64,000 bases of DNA from Nymphaea colorata (lineage: Eukaryota), in contig NC_045138.2 in the NCBI RefSeq assembly GCF_008831285.2, positions 21,824,001 to 21,888,000 on the forward strand, written 5' to 3'. The translations under genes were made by a program, and so were the position numbers. Of the stretch, positions 1 to 11,289 are shown piece after piece; the stretch's first letter is position 1, and each line of letters begins with the position of its first letter. The notes under the pieces were generated by a model, which saw only the letters and a list, made by a program, of their open reading frames with translations, was not told the origin of the DNA and made no database searches.

Positions 1-199
1 ATCTCTCAGGTCCTTTTTTTTTGGGCGATGCTAGTTCTCAGGAAAAACTTGGGCACTTCCAAGTTCCAACAAAAAAAAAAAAATAGACAAGAACAAAATA
101 AACTTGAAACTAAGAAGTAAATGGAAGAAATGTAAACACAGATGACTAAATGATTATGCAAAGATGTTCAAATGCAGATGTTGATGGCCACAATTTTGA

Positions 200-2620
200 G
201 AACCAATATATGTGTAGGCGATGTAAGTAACGATAGAAAAAAAAATGTGTGGTTTATTGATTTAATTCCATGTGAGCTGAATGAGATTTTCATCTTTGAA
301 TTCCTGCTGTATCTGAGTGATATTCTTCAAGACTACCGATTCTGGGAGGTGATTTTGACCTAAAGTTTCTAAAGGCATACTATTGTTTCATTTATTAGAT
401 GTGATTGTGACGATGGGTGCCTAAGACACGTAGGTAATCTCGTTTGTCGTTGGTGATTTTGAGTTTGTATCAAGCAACATTTTTCTAAATTGAGTTCTTT
501 TCTTGCTTCTTAAAATATACTTCCTGGGTCATATGAGAATTGTCTCCATGTGGTGTCATATGGAGATTTAGCATTTGTAGTTTTATTAGTTGTTTGACCG
601 TGTAAAATTTTCCTCAGCAATATGCTGTTTTCTTTCAGCATTTTTACTTCCTTGTTTGTTTGGCTGATTTTTGTTTCATTCCAAAACTGATATTTTAAAA
701 TTGAAAAGTGGTGAGTGATAAATATTTTGCTATTCATCTCTTTGTAGAACAACCAGGGGTTCTGATGGTAGTTCCAGACACCATATATCAACTGCATTCA
801 GGAACTGCAAGTGTGGATTAAAGAGAAACCTATGAAGCTCTATCTCAAAGATGAAGATGCTGAATCAACAACTTATAAGCTAATCTATAAAATAAATGAG
901 TTTGTAATATGCAGTGTGTGACCAGAAAGATTCTCAATAAGGATTGTGGTGTATAATGTATATAAAAGTAAAAACTTTTGGTTGCAGTTTATGATTATGA
1001 CTTTTTGAGAGGGTAAAGGTTGCATTTGTTGCTTCATAGATGTACATTGTCTGATGATGGTAATTGCTTGGTCAATTACTAGTCTAATACTGTCCAGCAT
1101 GAGTGAAAGAAGTTCTGCAGTGACTTTTCTGTCAACTCTTCTAGGAATCTGCGTAATTCCAATGAGTTGCCTTTTTTTTTTTTGACCGGAAGCTACCCTT
1201 CCCAGCTGTTCCTGGGAAACACTTGATTTTGGTTTATTTCTGTTATCTCCTTTTGGTAAATCCTACACTTGCTCTTCTATGAGTTGCCTAAAGCCCTCAA
1301 CATTCTAAAACCTTTAAGGGTTTGAGCACACGTGCCATCTAGCTTTTGGGCAATGCTGACCCTTTGTGATGTTGTGAGGGATAAGCAGGTAAGCTAATTC
1401 TATCAGAGTGCAAGAGGTGCATAATCATACCGTCTCAAAATTAAGTTGTAGGATAATTTTTATTGGGGCTTCAAGCTTTTTGTGCTTCATCAACATGATG
1501 ATGAACAACAGAGATTTCTGCATCTGTTCAAAGTAGTTTCCAAGTGCAGATTGCTTATGGACATGGTTTTGGAAGATATTGACTTCTGTTCAATGTCCAT
1601 CCTGATCTAAAGAGTTGATAAGGAATATTTGTTTCTTGTGGCTGATGAATGAGCTTCAAGATTGTAATGAGGTAATCTCATTATCCACGTGGAAGGAATA
1701 CTATAAATATTCTGGACACATGTTTAAAAATGATGGTATCTATTGATTGTGATGATTGATGACTTAGTTTCAAGGTTCTAATGGGGAAACTTCATTATCA
1801 GTGTGGAAAGGATGCTACAAATGTTCTGGAGAAGGCTCTATTACCTGAATAAATGCTGTGGTTCCCAGACTTCGTAGATATGAGTTTGATTGACTTCCAG
1901 TGGAAAGACTTCTTGAATTTTTAACTGTTACGGTACTTGAGGATGTTCCTTGCCTGTTTCAGCTTGGCCTCTCGTGAAAGCTGTTACATTTAACTCTCAG
2001 ATCTTATACCTGTTGGTATTTGATATTCAGAGCTGCTTGGCTGATTGAGTACCCAAGTCAAGATAGCCTCATGCAGGCTAGGATTTCTGATCTAGATTGT
2101 TCTAAGCATTTGTGGAGAGGACTTTTATTTTCCTTTTATATACAGATCTTCTGCCCTTGGTATTCTTTATTAAGAGCTGCTTGACTGATTGCCTGCCCAA
2201 GTCACAATAGCGTGATGGCTGCTGGAATTCCCGATTTAGACTGTCCTAACCATTAGCATCAGCTTGTATTTGCTTTCTGAACGCTTTCATTTGCTTTCAC
2301 ATTCTGTTCTTTGTTGGAGGTTGTGATATGTTTTGTACTTGTGTGTGGAGCAAATAGAGTTTCTGTTAATCTTCTTTAGACCTGGTTGAGGTTTATGGTG
2401 ATCCATTCTGCAACTTGTTCCTTCTTTTATGGTTATGGTATTTCAAAGAATTCATGATGTTTTCCAACAAATGTATGTGCAATTGAGCATGCAAGGCATA
2501 CAAGGGCATTGCATTGTCAAGTTGCCAGCTGTCACCTGTTAAGGATGATGTTAAGTCATGGTCTGAGCGTTGCCTTCCAAGTTTCCAACACCATCTGCAA
2601 AACTATGTATTGGAAACACT
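200..2620 (+). mobile_element. Highly degenerate L1-type LINE remnant (ORF2 traces), boundaries approximate
   Basis: Scattered frameshifted motifs in LINE ORF2 order: GGDF/VVGDF (~345, ~450; endonuclease-like), ADCLWT-FWK (~1545), a C-x-L-C...N-L-F zf-RVT-like stretch (~2330-2380) and LW-WYFKE (~2430). No open frame. Confidence 0.4.
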
Positions 2621-2739
2621 AGTACTTCTGAAAGGCGGAGGACATTGCAGAAACCACAAAATGTGCCATTATGTATAACGCCCTTTTCCCAGAGAATTCT
2701 TTAAACCGTCAATTGTCGATGCGTGAGGTGCCATTTCAG

Positions 2740-2949
2740 TTGTTCACGGATTTACAGGTGCTGTTGTTCATATGCAGACATGTTGTTTGTTATATGGTTG
2801 TATGTCAATTTGATTGCTGTCCCTGCAATGTTGATTTCTTTCCTATGCGCTCATAAGTTTTTCATGTTTTGACAGAGGAACCTGGAGTTCTTCATGTGGC
2901 TCCGAGCATGACACACAAGCTTCATTCAGGAACTGGTGGTGCGCGTTGA
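2740..2949 (+). CDS. Putative last two coding exons (18-nt micro-exon 2740-2757; exon 2876-2949) of a gene starting upstream of the window
   Basis: tttcag|TTGTTCACGGATTTACAG|gtgctg ... ttttgacag|AGGAACC...TGA; both junctions phase 1; reads (x)VHGFTEEPGVLHVAPSMTHKLHSGTGGAR*; followed by 3'UTR-like sequence. Family not recognised. Confidence 0.4.
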
Positions 2950-4094
2950 TATATCCCTGCTACTGAAGACCATATGTTGGTGTCTTCGTCACTGTGAAGA
3001 TCACCTAGATTCTTGTCATGAAACGTCTTAACTGTCCATTTTTGAAAGGCTGTCTGAATTTCGTGAACTTTATTTTATCGGCACTCACTGTACTCCGTTC
3101 TGTTAAGTACCTAATTATGTCTCATGCTGTGAAGCCCTAGTGAGTGCATCTTTTCAGCTGATTGTAGTTATGATATATTCACTAGTATAATGCACGGACA
3201 GCGGCACATTCGACTCAAAAGTGGAATGTTTTTTTTGTAAACATAAGATGCTGCAACACAGTTTTTGTTTATTGGTTTTCTTGGCTATGGTTTATTTAGT
3301 ATTGGAAAAATGATTAAGAAAAACAGTAAAAAATATTTTAAAATATGACATTTACAACAGTAAACATCCTTATGTAGGCATAAACATCCTTATGTAGACA
3401 TTCCATGATGCTATAAGATATATGACTTATAAACTTGGGAAGAGAATTTTGCTATACCTTGGGAAATGTGATTTTTGGATGAGGAGAAAAAATTCACTGT
3501 AAATCGAAGGGGGTGAAAGAGTCGAGAATCTTATAAGGAGAAAATTTTCACTACCGAAAAATTTTATGATCTTTTGCAAATACAGGGTGAACATTTTCCT
3601 TGGTAAATAATCACCTTGTTTGATTGTTTTGCAAGGGTTCATTTCGAAACGACAGATGGAGATGCCCTTCATCTTGTTCGGTTGTTGCTTAAAGCTCCCA
3701 CCTTGAAGCTGTAGGTGAATCTCCCCTTCGTCTGCGTAACGGTGTATTTGATACTGCGTACCTTACCACCCTCTCTCCTTGTATCCTCCACTGGTATGAC
3801 AAATTTACTCAACCTTTGACAAAAACTGACTGTCCCACCCGACAATGATAATTTTCCCACTAGACAACGTAAATACGACGTCCAGTCCATCACACCTTTG
3901 TCTTGTTTGTTTGTCTTGTTAGTAGTGTTTTTTGTCCAAAGCAACCGTCTTTTTGTATACTGTGTGTTCAATTTTGTCTTTCATGAACAAGACTGCACTA
4001 TAAAGTGCTTACACAAGGCAATAACAGTTTTGTGCATAAATGGGGTGATCTATCAACACTTGGGCTATTGTTTGATAATCGTTCTTTTGTTTAG

Positions 4095-4420
4095 TGAAAA
4101 TAAACACAAAAAATGAGTTGATTTGTCCTATCTACATGCATTTGAAGCGCAAGGAGTTTGCCAAGTTTACAACAGATCTTCCAACTATTATTACAACAAT
4201 ATTGATGTTGGATCCTTTAGGTACTCTTATTGGACACTTGTGGAAGTTACAAATGATGAACCTATAGTATTCATCTTTTGGATTTTATGTTTTATAAGGT
4301 TTTGATGGACAATGATGTTTTGAACGGACCACAAGCTAAAAGATCGCTTACTAAAAAAATGTTACAAAAGAGTATAAGAGTGTCAGTGATGTGACATCTA
4401 GTGAGAAAAATGTCTATAAA
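4095..4420 (+). pseudogene. Probable kinase N-lobe exon remnant, outer left arm of hairpin 1
   Basis: K*VDLSYLHAFEAQGVCQVY (cf. W-x-VDLSKL...FAQG), KVLMD, LKK-(F)TKE (cf. LEKQFTKE), KNV-K (cf. NVIK); heavily decayed. Confidence 0.5.
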
Positions 4421-4429
4421 AGTTATGTA

Positions 4430-4982
4430 GCTGAATGGACCCATGAAAAGCACAGTCATTAACAAAGATGATTTTACTTATGTTGTTCTTTTGTAAGAAA
4501 AACCACAACAAATGCCACAAAAAGTTGTAAAAAAGTCATTAGCACATGCTTTTACTTATAGAAAAGCAACATTAGTAATACTTTCAAGCAAGACAGATGT
4601 TGTTCCATTCTATCAGGTATGATTCTTCAAGAGTGATTTAAGTGGCTCAATGAAAAGTGTATGGTTCACTTTCTAGGAATGTCAGTTAGCCTGCTGGGAA
4701 ACTTTTCTTTGCTTTCTTAATTTGCCAAGAAGAAAGAGGTAGAGATTGTTCTAGTTCAGAGGCTTTTTTAGACTTAAAAGCATGTTTTCAGGTTTAACGT
4801 CTCTATGTCTAACCCCTTGACAATGCATGTACTCCTCGCAAAATCTCAAAGAGCAATTGCTATTATTTCTTAATGAGAAAGGTGCCCAGGCTTAAATTTG
4901 TGGAGGTTTGCCTTTAAAGATCCACCAAATAGGTTTCAGTGATGAGGCAAAAAACTAATGGCTTTCTACATGCCCTTAGTCT
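4430..4982 (-). pseudogene. Raf-like (group C, HT1/Raf36/STY-type) kinase C-terminal portion, left arm of hairpin 1
   Basis: After acceptor ttctctatttcag: RLRACRKPLVFCLITE..GGSLKANLHKFKPGHLSH*EIIAIAL..EYMHCQGVRHRDVKPENMLL (HRD 4807-4799), then TFH*AT*I (~TYRWMAPE), VLLESITN (~VLWELIT), AFVVV (~AAFAVV), NDCA. Contains stops and frameshifts. Confidence 0.85.
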
Positions 4983-4999
4983 CTGAAATAGAGAACGAA

Positions 5000-5380
5000 C
5001 TCATAATAACGGATCCATGGACCTTGTGGACATCATAATGGGATACCTTTTTAGTCAAGATATAATAGCAATTGCTCTTGACGACATTGCTGAAGTACTT
5101 GCATTGTCAAGTGTTTAGACATAGAGGCCTTAAACTTGAAAACATGTTTTTTGGTAAGTTTCAGAATTAGAACAGCCTCTATCTTTTTCCTTTTGGCAAA
5201 TTAAGATAGGAAAGAAAAGTTTCTTTAGTCTTGTTCTAAAGTATTACAAATGCCTTCCGTTACTAAAAGCATGTGCTAATGATGTGCCTTTTTTTTGGTC
5301 TTTTCTTACAAGAAAACAACATCAACAAAAGCCATTTTCACTGATGAGTGTGCTTTTCGTTCGTGCATTCAGATACATAT
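5000..5380 (+). pseudogene. Raf-like kinase C-terminal portion, right arm of hairpin 1
   Basis: DIIAIALDDIA / YLHCQVFRHRGLKLENMF (5120-5149), LVLF*SITNAFRY, FTDECA; the APE-like segment is deleted at ~5224. Confidence 0.75.
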
Positions 5381-5384
5381 TTTT

Positions 5385-5705
5385 ACTGACATTTTTCTTG
5401 GCACTAGGGGTCACATCATCGACACTGTTATACTCTTTCGTAAACATTTTTTTTTAGGTATGTGTTCTTTCAGTTTGTGGTCCACTCAAAACATCCTTGT
5501 CCAGCAAAACCTTCTAAAGCATTGAATCCAAAAAATGAGTATTACAGGTTTCTCATCTATAACTCCCACAAGTATCCAACATGAGTACTTGAAGTATCCA
5601 ATATCAATATTCTTGTAGTAAGATCTGTTGTAAACTTGGCAAACTCCTTGCTCTTCAAATGTATGTAGATAGGACAAATCAACACATCTTTTTGTGGTTA
5701 TTTTC
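5385..5705 (-). pseudogene. Probable kinase N-lobe exon remnant, outer right arm of hairpin 1
   Basis: CVDLSYLHTFEEQGVCQVY (ORF 5486-5707), KVLLD, LKK-MFTKE (5457-5433), KNVSK. Confidence 0.5.
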
Positions 5706-6479
5706 ACTAAGCAACGGAACGATTATCAAACTATAGGTCAGGTGTTTGATGGACCCCGTTTGCGCACAAAACTATTATTTTTTCATATAAAAGCAACTAC
5801 AATAAAAGATAACTATGTTTTCTATAAAATTAGGAAATATGTTGCTATTTCTTGACAAATGTGGGTAAGATAATATCCAATTGCTAATCTCTAGGGAAAG
5901 TATATCAGTTTTGTCTTCTACATGCACTTTATTGTGCATATTCTTTAGTTTTATCATTGTTGACCAGATTTTTTTTTTTTTATTAAATGGCATGGGCAAA
6001 TAACTATTCTATACCTATAAAAGATATTTTGTCTACAAACAAAGTTACAAAAAATGCTTGTGGAAAGGAAAAGACATGGAATCTACCTAATTCTAATAAA
6101 AATTGAAGTATCATCCAGTTTTATAGTGTCGTCAAAATGACATATGCATTCAACTCTTGAGCTCACTAAAGGTCTTAAATTTGTTACAAGGAAATATTTG
6201 TCGGTCTCTTTTTTAGATGTTTCTTCTAATACTTTAGTTACAAAAATGAATAATAATGTTTATTTATGAAAAACAGTTATATGCTTTAGGTGTTGTATGA
6301 ATATCTAAATATGGTTGTTTAGAAAATTGTTATTTGAACCCTTTCTATGACACTTCTTCCGAGATTAGCATAATATTTCTAAAGAATGCTGCTTTTTAGA
6401 ATTTTCCAGGCCTATCCTTTTCATTTTAACAATTGAAACAAGTTCTGAAAAGATGGTTTCGTTTCAACTAAATCTAGCG

Positions 6480-6700
6480 AGAGAGAGAGAGAGAGAGAGA
6501 GAGTAGTACACTGCAATGGCAGCTACTGAAAGAGAGAGAGAGAGAGTACACTGCAATGATAGATAGGGGAAGCCCCTAGCCTGTTTGAGAAGGAAACCCT
6601 TCACTGATGTGTGAAAAGACAGAAAGAGGGAGGGAGGAGAAGAAGAAAACGTAGACCGAGGAAGATCAGAGAAGGTAGCAGGAGAGGAATGTCTCCTGAT
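6480..6700 (-). promoter_or_regulatory. Putative 5' exon / first-intron start of a minus-strand transcript (paralog at ~13100-13260)
   Basis: Minus strand shows a pyrimidine-rich CT/CTT leader, a telo-box-like agggtttc, then cattgcagt|gtactctctctc followed by (CT)n, typical of plant 5'UTR/first-intron junctions. Confidence 0.35.
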
Positions 6701-7129
6701 AGAGAAGGTCGCCGGAGCTCAGGGGCTGAGGCAGGGGCTATGGCCTCCCTCAGATTTTTAAAAATTCAAAAATTTACATGTAATAAAAGGGTTAGTATTC
6801 GGGGAATCTATCCAAATGCATCTCCGATGCAGAAAAAACACCTTAGTAAAATAAGGCGATCTCTGATGTCATTTTGTGCATTGCAGATGGTTTATGTAAC
6901 AATGAATTGAATTAAACTGATTTGTCAACGAGTTGATACGAAGGGACCGATTCAAGCTCATTTTGAGAATATCGGTTGATAGTTGATACAATCTTCACTT
7001 CTCTTTTATATCTGATCATTCAATGAAGAAAGAGATGCATTAAAGTTAGATTACCTGAAGAAGTTCATATATGCCGTGCATTTCTATTTCTCTTCACTAA
7101 GGAACATTCCAAGCAACAGAGACAGATAC

Positions 7130-7130
<1 letters not shown>

Positions 7131-7179
<49 letters not shown>
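7131..7179. repeat. (GA)n microsatellite
   Basis: Direct reading. Confidence 0.95.
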
Positions 7180-7182
<3 letters not shown>

Positions 7183-7399
7183 TACCAAGATATTACAGTA
7201 TCCGCTTCCTTTCTTAGTTGAGACAACTCATTTTTTGCTCATTTATATTTTAAATTTGTGTCAGTCCATATAACCCATGATCAGAAATGAACACGTAATT
7301 TCAAGATTATCCTGTGCTTATATAATCTCATGATCGTTACATTATGCTTGCAAGCTCAATCTCTAACTTGAGAAGAGTTTAAGGTTGGCTACTTTTTTT

Positions 7400-7545
7400 A
7401 TGGGCGATGTGTAGGCAGTTGTCCACCTTAGAAACTTGTTATTTTTATATCATGGGCAATTTTTCTCATTTACATATTGGTATACTTTAAAAAAATTAAA
7501 ATTTGATATGCAGTACCCTTTAACAGAATTTCTGGTTCTGTCCCT
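7400..7545. mobile_element. Short MITE remnant
   Basis: Ends aatttctggttctgtccct, the reverse complement of the ggggcgaagccagaaattt-type terminus seen at 63924. Confidence 0.45.
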
Positions 7546-9539
7546 CGTTCCCAAGGCAAACCTCAACTAGGTATGTTAATTTTATTAGTCAATAACTTGG
7601 GCTTGACTTGTGACGAGTAAACAAGCAAATTAAAGGACTCTAGTTGAACATGCCTTGTTCAGTTCCTTTAAGCTTTGTCAACAGTTCTAAAGCCTGACCT
7701 AATTAGAGGTCGTTTGACAGTAAGAACTAATTAGAGATAGTTTGACAGTAAGAACATTTCATGAGTATTACTCCATGAATTTGTCTGAATCTTTAAATCA
7801 AATTCGTGAAACGGTGACAAAATGTTCCTGCCACATAACCCAATAAAAAGACAGGTGTGATCCTTTTGACGCTATCTTCATGCCTTGTTAATTCCTCAGG
7901 CCATCAGGTCGCATATTCATGCGTCCGTTTAGAAAAGCAACTTTCCACTAATCAAAGCTGTTTACTTTTTCTTCTTGTTCAATTTAAGGGCATTTTGCTT
8001 TTTGGCATTTTCTATTTAACTTAATCTGTTTTGATGACGATCCACGTGTTTGTCTGTCCGTCCATTGAACGGGCATTGATGAATCCTACACTTGCTCTTC
8101 TATGAGTTGCCTAAAGCCCTAAACATTCTAAACCCCTCAAGGGTTTGAGCGCTTTTGGGCAATGCTGACCTTTTGTGATGTTGTGAGGGATAAGCAGGTA
8201 AGCTAATTCTGTCGTAGTGCAAAAGGTGCGTAACCATATCGTCTCAAAATTAAGTTGTAGGATCATTTTTATTGGGGCTTCAAGCTTTTTGTGCTTGGTC
8301 AACATGATGATGAACAACAGAGATTTCTGCTTCTGTTCAAAGGAGTTTCCGAAGTGCAGATTGCTTATGGACAAGGTTTTGGAAGATATAAACTTCTGTT
8401 CAATGTCCATCCTCATCTAAAGAGTTGATATCCTATATTTGTTTCTTGTGGCCGATGATTCAGCTTCAAGATTGTAATGAGGTAATCTCATGATCCACGT
8501 GGAAGGAATACTATAAATGTTGTGGACACATGTTTAAAACTGATGGTATCTATTGATTGTGATGACTGATGATTTAGTTTCAAGGTTCTAATGGGGGAAC
8601 ATCATTATTAGTGTGGAAAGGATGCTACAAATGTTCTGGAGAAGGCTCTATTAATCTCAATAAATGCAGTGGTTTCCAGACTTCGTACAGATGAGTTTGA
8701 CTGAATTCCGGTGGAAAGACTTCTTGAATCTTTACTGAGGTTGACTGTTACAGTACTTGAGGATGTTCCTTGCCTGTTTCAGCTTGGCCTCTCGTAAAAG
8801 CTGTTACATTTGACTCTCAGATCTTATACCCGTTGGTATTTGGTATTCAGAGCTGCTTGGCTGATTGAATACCCAAGTCAAGATAGCCTCATTCGGGCTA
8901 GGATTTCTGATCTAGATTGTCCTAACCAATTGTGGGGAGGACTTTTATTTTCCTTTTATATACAGATCTTCTGCCCTTGGTATTCTTTATTAAGAGCTGC
9001 TTGACTGATAGCCTGTTGGCTGCTGGAATTCCCCTTCTAGATTGTCCTAACCATTAGCATCAGCTTGTATTTGCTTTCTGAACACTTTCATTTGCTTTCA
9101 CATTCTGTTCTTTGTTGGAGGATGTGATATATTTTGTACTTCTGTGTGGAGCAAGTAGAGTTTCTTTTATCTTCTTTAGACCTGGTTGAGGTTTATGGTG
9201 GTCCATTCTGCAGATTGTTCTTTTTTTTATGGTTATGGTATTTCAAAGAATTCATGATATTTTGCAACAAATGTATGAGCAATTGAGCATGCAAGGCACA
9301 TGAGGGCATTGCACTGTCAAGTTGCCAGTTGCCACCTGTTAAGGATGATGTTAAGTCATGGTTTGAGTGTTGCCTTCCAAGTTTCTAACACCATCTGCAA
9401 AACTATGTATTGGCAACACTAGTACTTCTGAAAGGCGGACGACAGCGCAGAAACCACAAAACGTGCCATTATCTATAACTCCCTTTTCCCAGCGAATTCT
9501 TTAAACCGTCATTTGTCTATGCCTGAGGTGGCATTTCAG

Positions 9540-9749
9540 TTGTTCACGGATTTACAGGTGCTGTTGTTCATATGTAGACATATTGTTTGTTATATGGTTG
9601 TATGTCAATTTGATTGCTGTCCCTGCAAAGTTGATTTCTTTCCTATGCGCTCATAAGTTTTTCATGTTTTGACAGAGGAACCTGGAGTTCTTCATGTGGC
9701 TCCGTGCATGACACACAAGCTTCATTCAGGAACTGGTGGTGCGCATTGA
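9540..9749 (+). pseudogene. Duplicated copy of the same two terminal exons (9540-9557, 9676-9749)
   Basis: Offset exactly 6800 bp from 2740-2949 with splice sites intact; reads VHGFTEEPGVLHVAPCMTHKLHSGTGGAH*. No upstream exons evident inside the duplicated unit. Confidence 0.35.
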
Positions 9750-11289
9750 TATATCCTTTCTACTGAAGACCACATGTTCGTGTCTTCGTCACTGTGAAGA
9801 TCACCTAGATTCTTGTCATGAAACGTCTTAACTGTTCATTTTTTGAAAGGTTATCTGGATTTCGTGAACTTTGTTTTACCGGCACTCACTGTACTCCATT
9901 CCGTAAGTACCTAACTTTGTCTCAGGCTGTGAAGCCCTAGTGAGTGCATCTTTTCAGCGAATTGTAGTTATGATGTATTCACTAGTATAATGCACGGACA
10001 GCGGCACATTCGACTCAAAAGTGGAATGTTTTTTTGTAAACATAAGATGCTGCAACACAGTTTTTGTTTATAGGTTTTCTTGGCTATGGTTTATTTAGTA
10101 TTGGAAAAATGATTAAGAAAAACAGTAAAAAATATTTTAAAATATGACATTTACAACAGTAAACATCCTTATGTAGGCATAAACATCCTTAAGTAGACAT
10201 TCCATGATGCTGTAAGATATATGACTTATAAACTTGGGAAGAGAATTTTGCTATACCTTGGGAAATGTGATTTTTGGATGAGGAGAAAAAATTCACTGTA
10301 AATCCTATTTATTTGTAGCTAGGAATGGGGAGAAAGGGTCGAGAATCTTATAAGGAGAAAATTTTCACTATCGAAAAATTTCATTATCTTTTACAAATAC
10401 AAAGTGAACATTTTCCTTGGTAAATAATCACTTTGTTTGATTGTTTTGCAAGGGTTCACTTCGAAACGACAGATGAAGATGCCCTTCATGTTGTCTGGTT
10501 GTTGCTTAAAGCTCCCACTTTGAAGCTACAGGTGAATCTCCCCTTAGTCTGTGTAACGGTGTATTTGATACTGCGTACCTCACCACCCTCTCTCCTTGCA
10601 CCTCCGCTGGTTTGACAAATTTACTGAACCGTCGACTAAAGCTGACTTCGATCAGGTGTTTTTTTTTTTTTTTTATCTTATAGTCTATGAATCTAAATGC
10701 TTTTGAAAGATAATGTTTAAATCTGAGATTGAACTGAAACTAATTACATTAAGTTGGTGTAAGTTGGATTTGGAACAAGTTAGATTCAACTAGAGTCTGA
10801 ACTGTTTTATATCCTTGTATGTTGTTGCCTGTTGGAGGGTTGAAGAAACCTGAGAGGAGGGGCCCATGATATGTTTGAGGAGCAAATTTTGAAAATTAGT
10901 AGGAAGTTTTGAAAAATGATGCTTTCTCTTTTCCCTGATAGGCTGAAAATGCTCTCACCACTTAAAAGTACAAAAATTTGAGTTTTCATATTAGAGAACT
11001 CATGACTTATTTTATTACGTAAGAATGTGGGCATGGCATATAAAACAAATAAAGCAGTAAGCAACGTGATAAACATCACAGTAAGCAGTTCTCTGGACAT
11101 TGCAGTTATATGAACGTTGGCTTGGGTTCAGACTCAATTGACTACCTTCACTCTAATGTTGTATGATCTTAGAAGTCCTTTTGATAATTGTCCCACCAGA
11201 CAACGTAGATAGGACGTCCTGTCCATCACACCTTTGTTTTGTCTGTCTTGTTAGTGAGAAAAATTTTAATAAAAGTTATGTTGCTGAAT

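Larger units (their letters stand above)
3960..5965. repeat. Long imperfect inverted repeat (fold-back) 1, centre ~4890-5040
   Basis: 4020-4890 is the reverse complement of 5040-5780, e.g. gagcaattgctattat (4851) / ataatagcaattgctc (5062) and ggagtttgccaagtttacaacagatct (4152) / agatctgttgtaaacttggcaaactcc (5621). Weaker extension to ~3960/5965. Roughly 75-80% identity by eye. Confidence 0.92.
1259..8078 (+). repeat. Tandem segmental duplication, unit 1 (~6.8 kb)
   Basis: Starts aatcctacacttgctcttctatgagttgcc (1259) and ends ttgaacgggcattg (8078); colinear high identity with 8082-13724 apart from several indels. Confidence 0.95.

Noticed and set aside
4939..4986. C/D-box snoRNA-like pair GTGATGA...CTGA (also at ~11835-11882)
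   Set aside because: Only 48 nt apart and fully explained as the antisense of the kinase codons L-I-T and the splice acceptor.
3960..5965. Mutator/fold-back transposon with long TIRs as the explanation of the inverted repeat
   Set aside because: No sharp termini or 9-10-bp TSD seen, and the arms decode as kinase exons; not fully excluded without a copy-number search.
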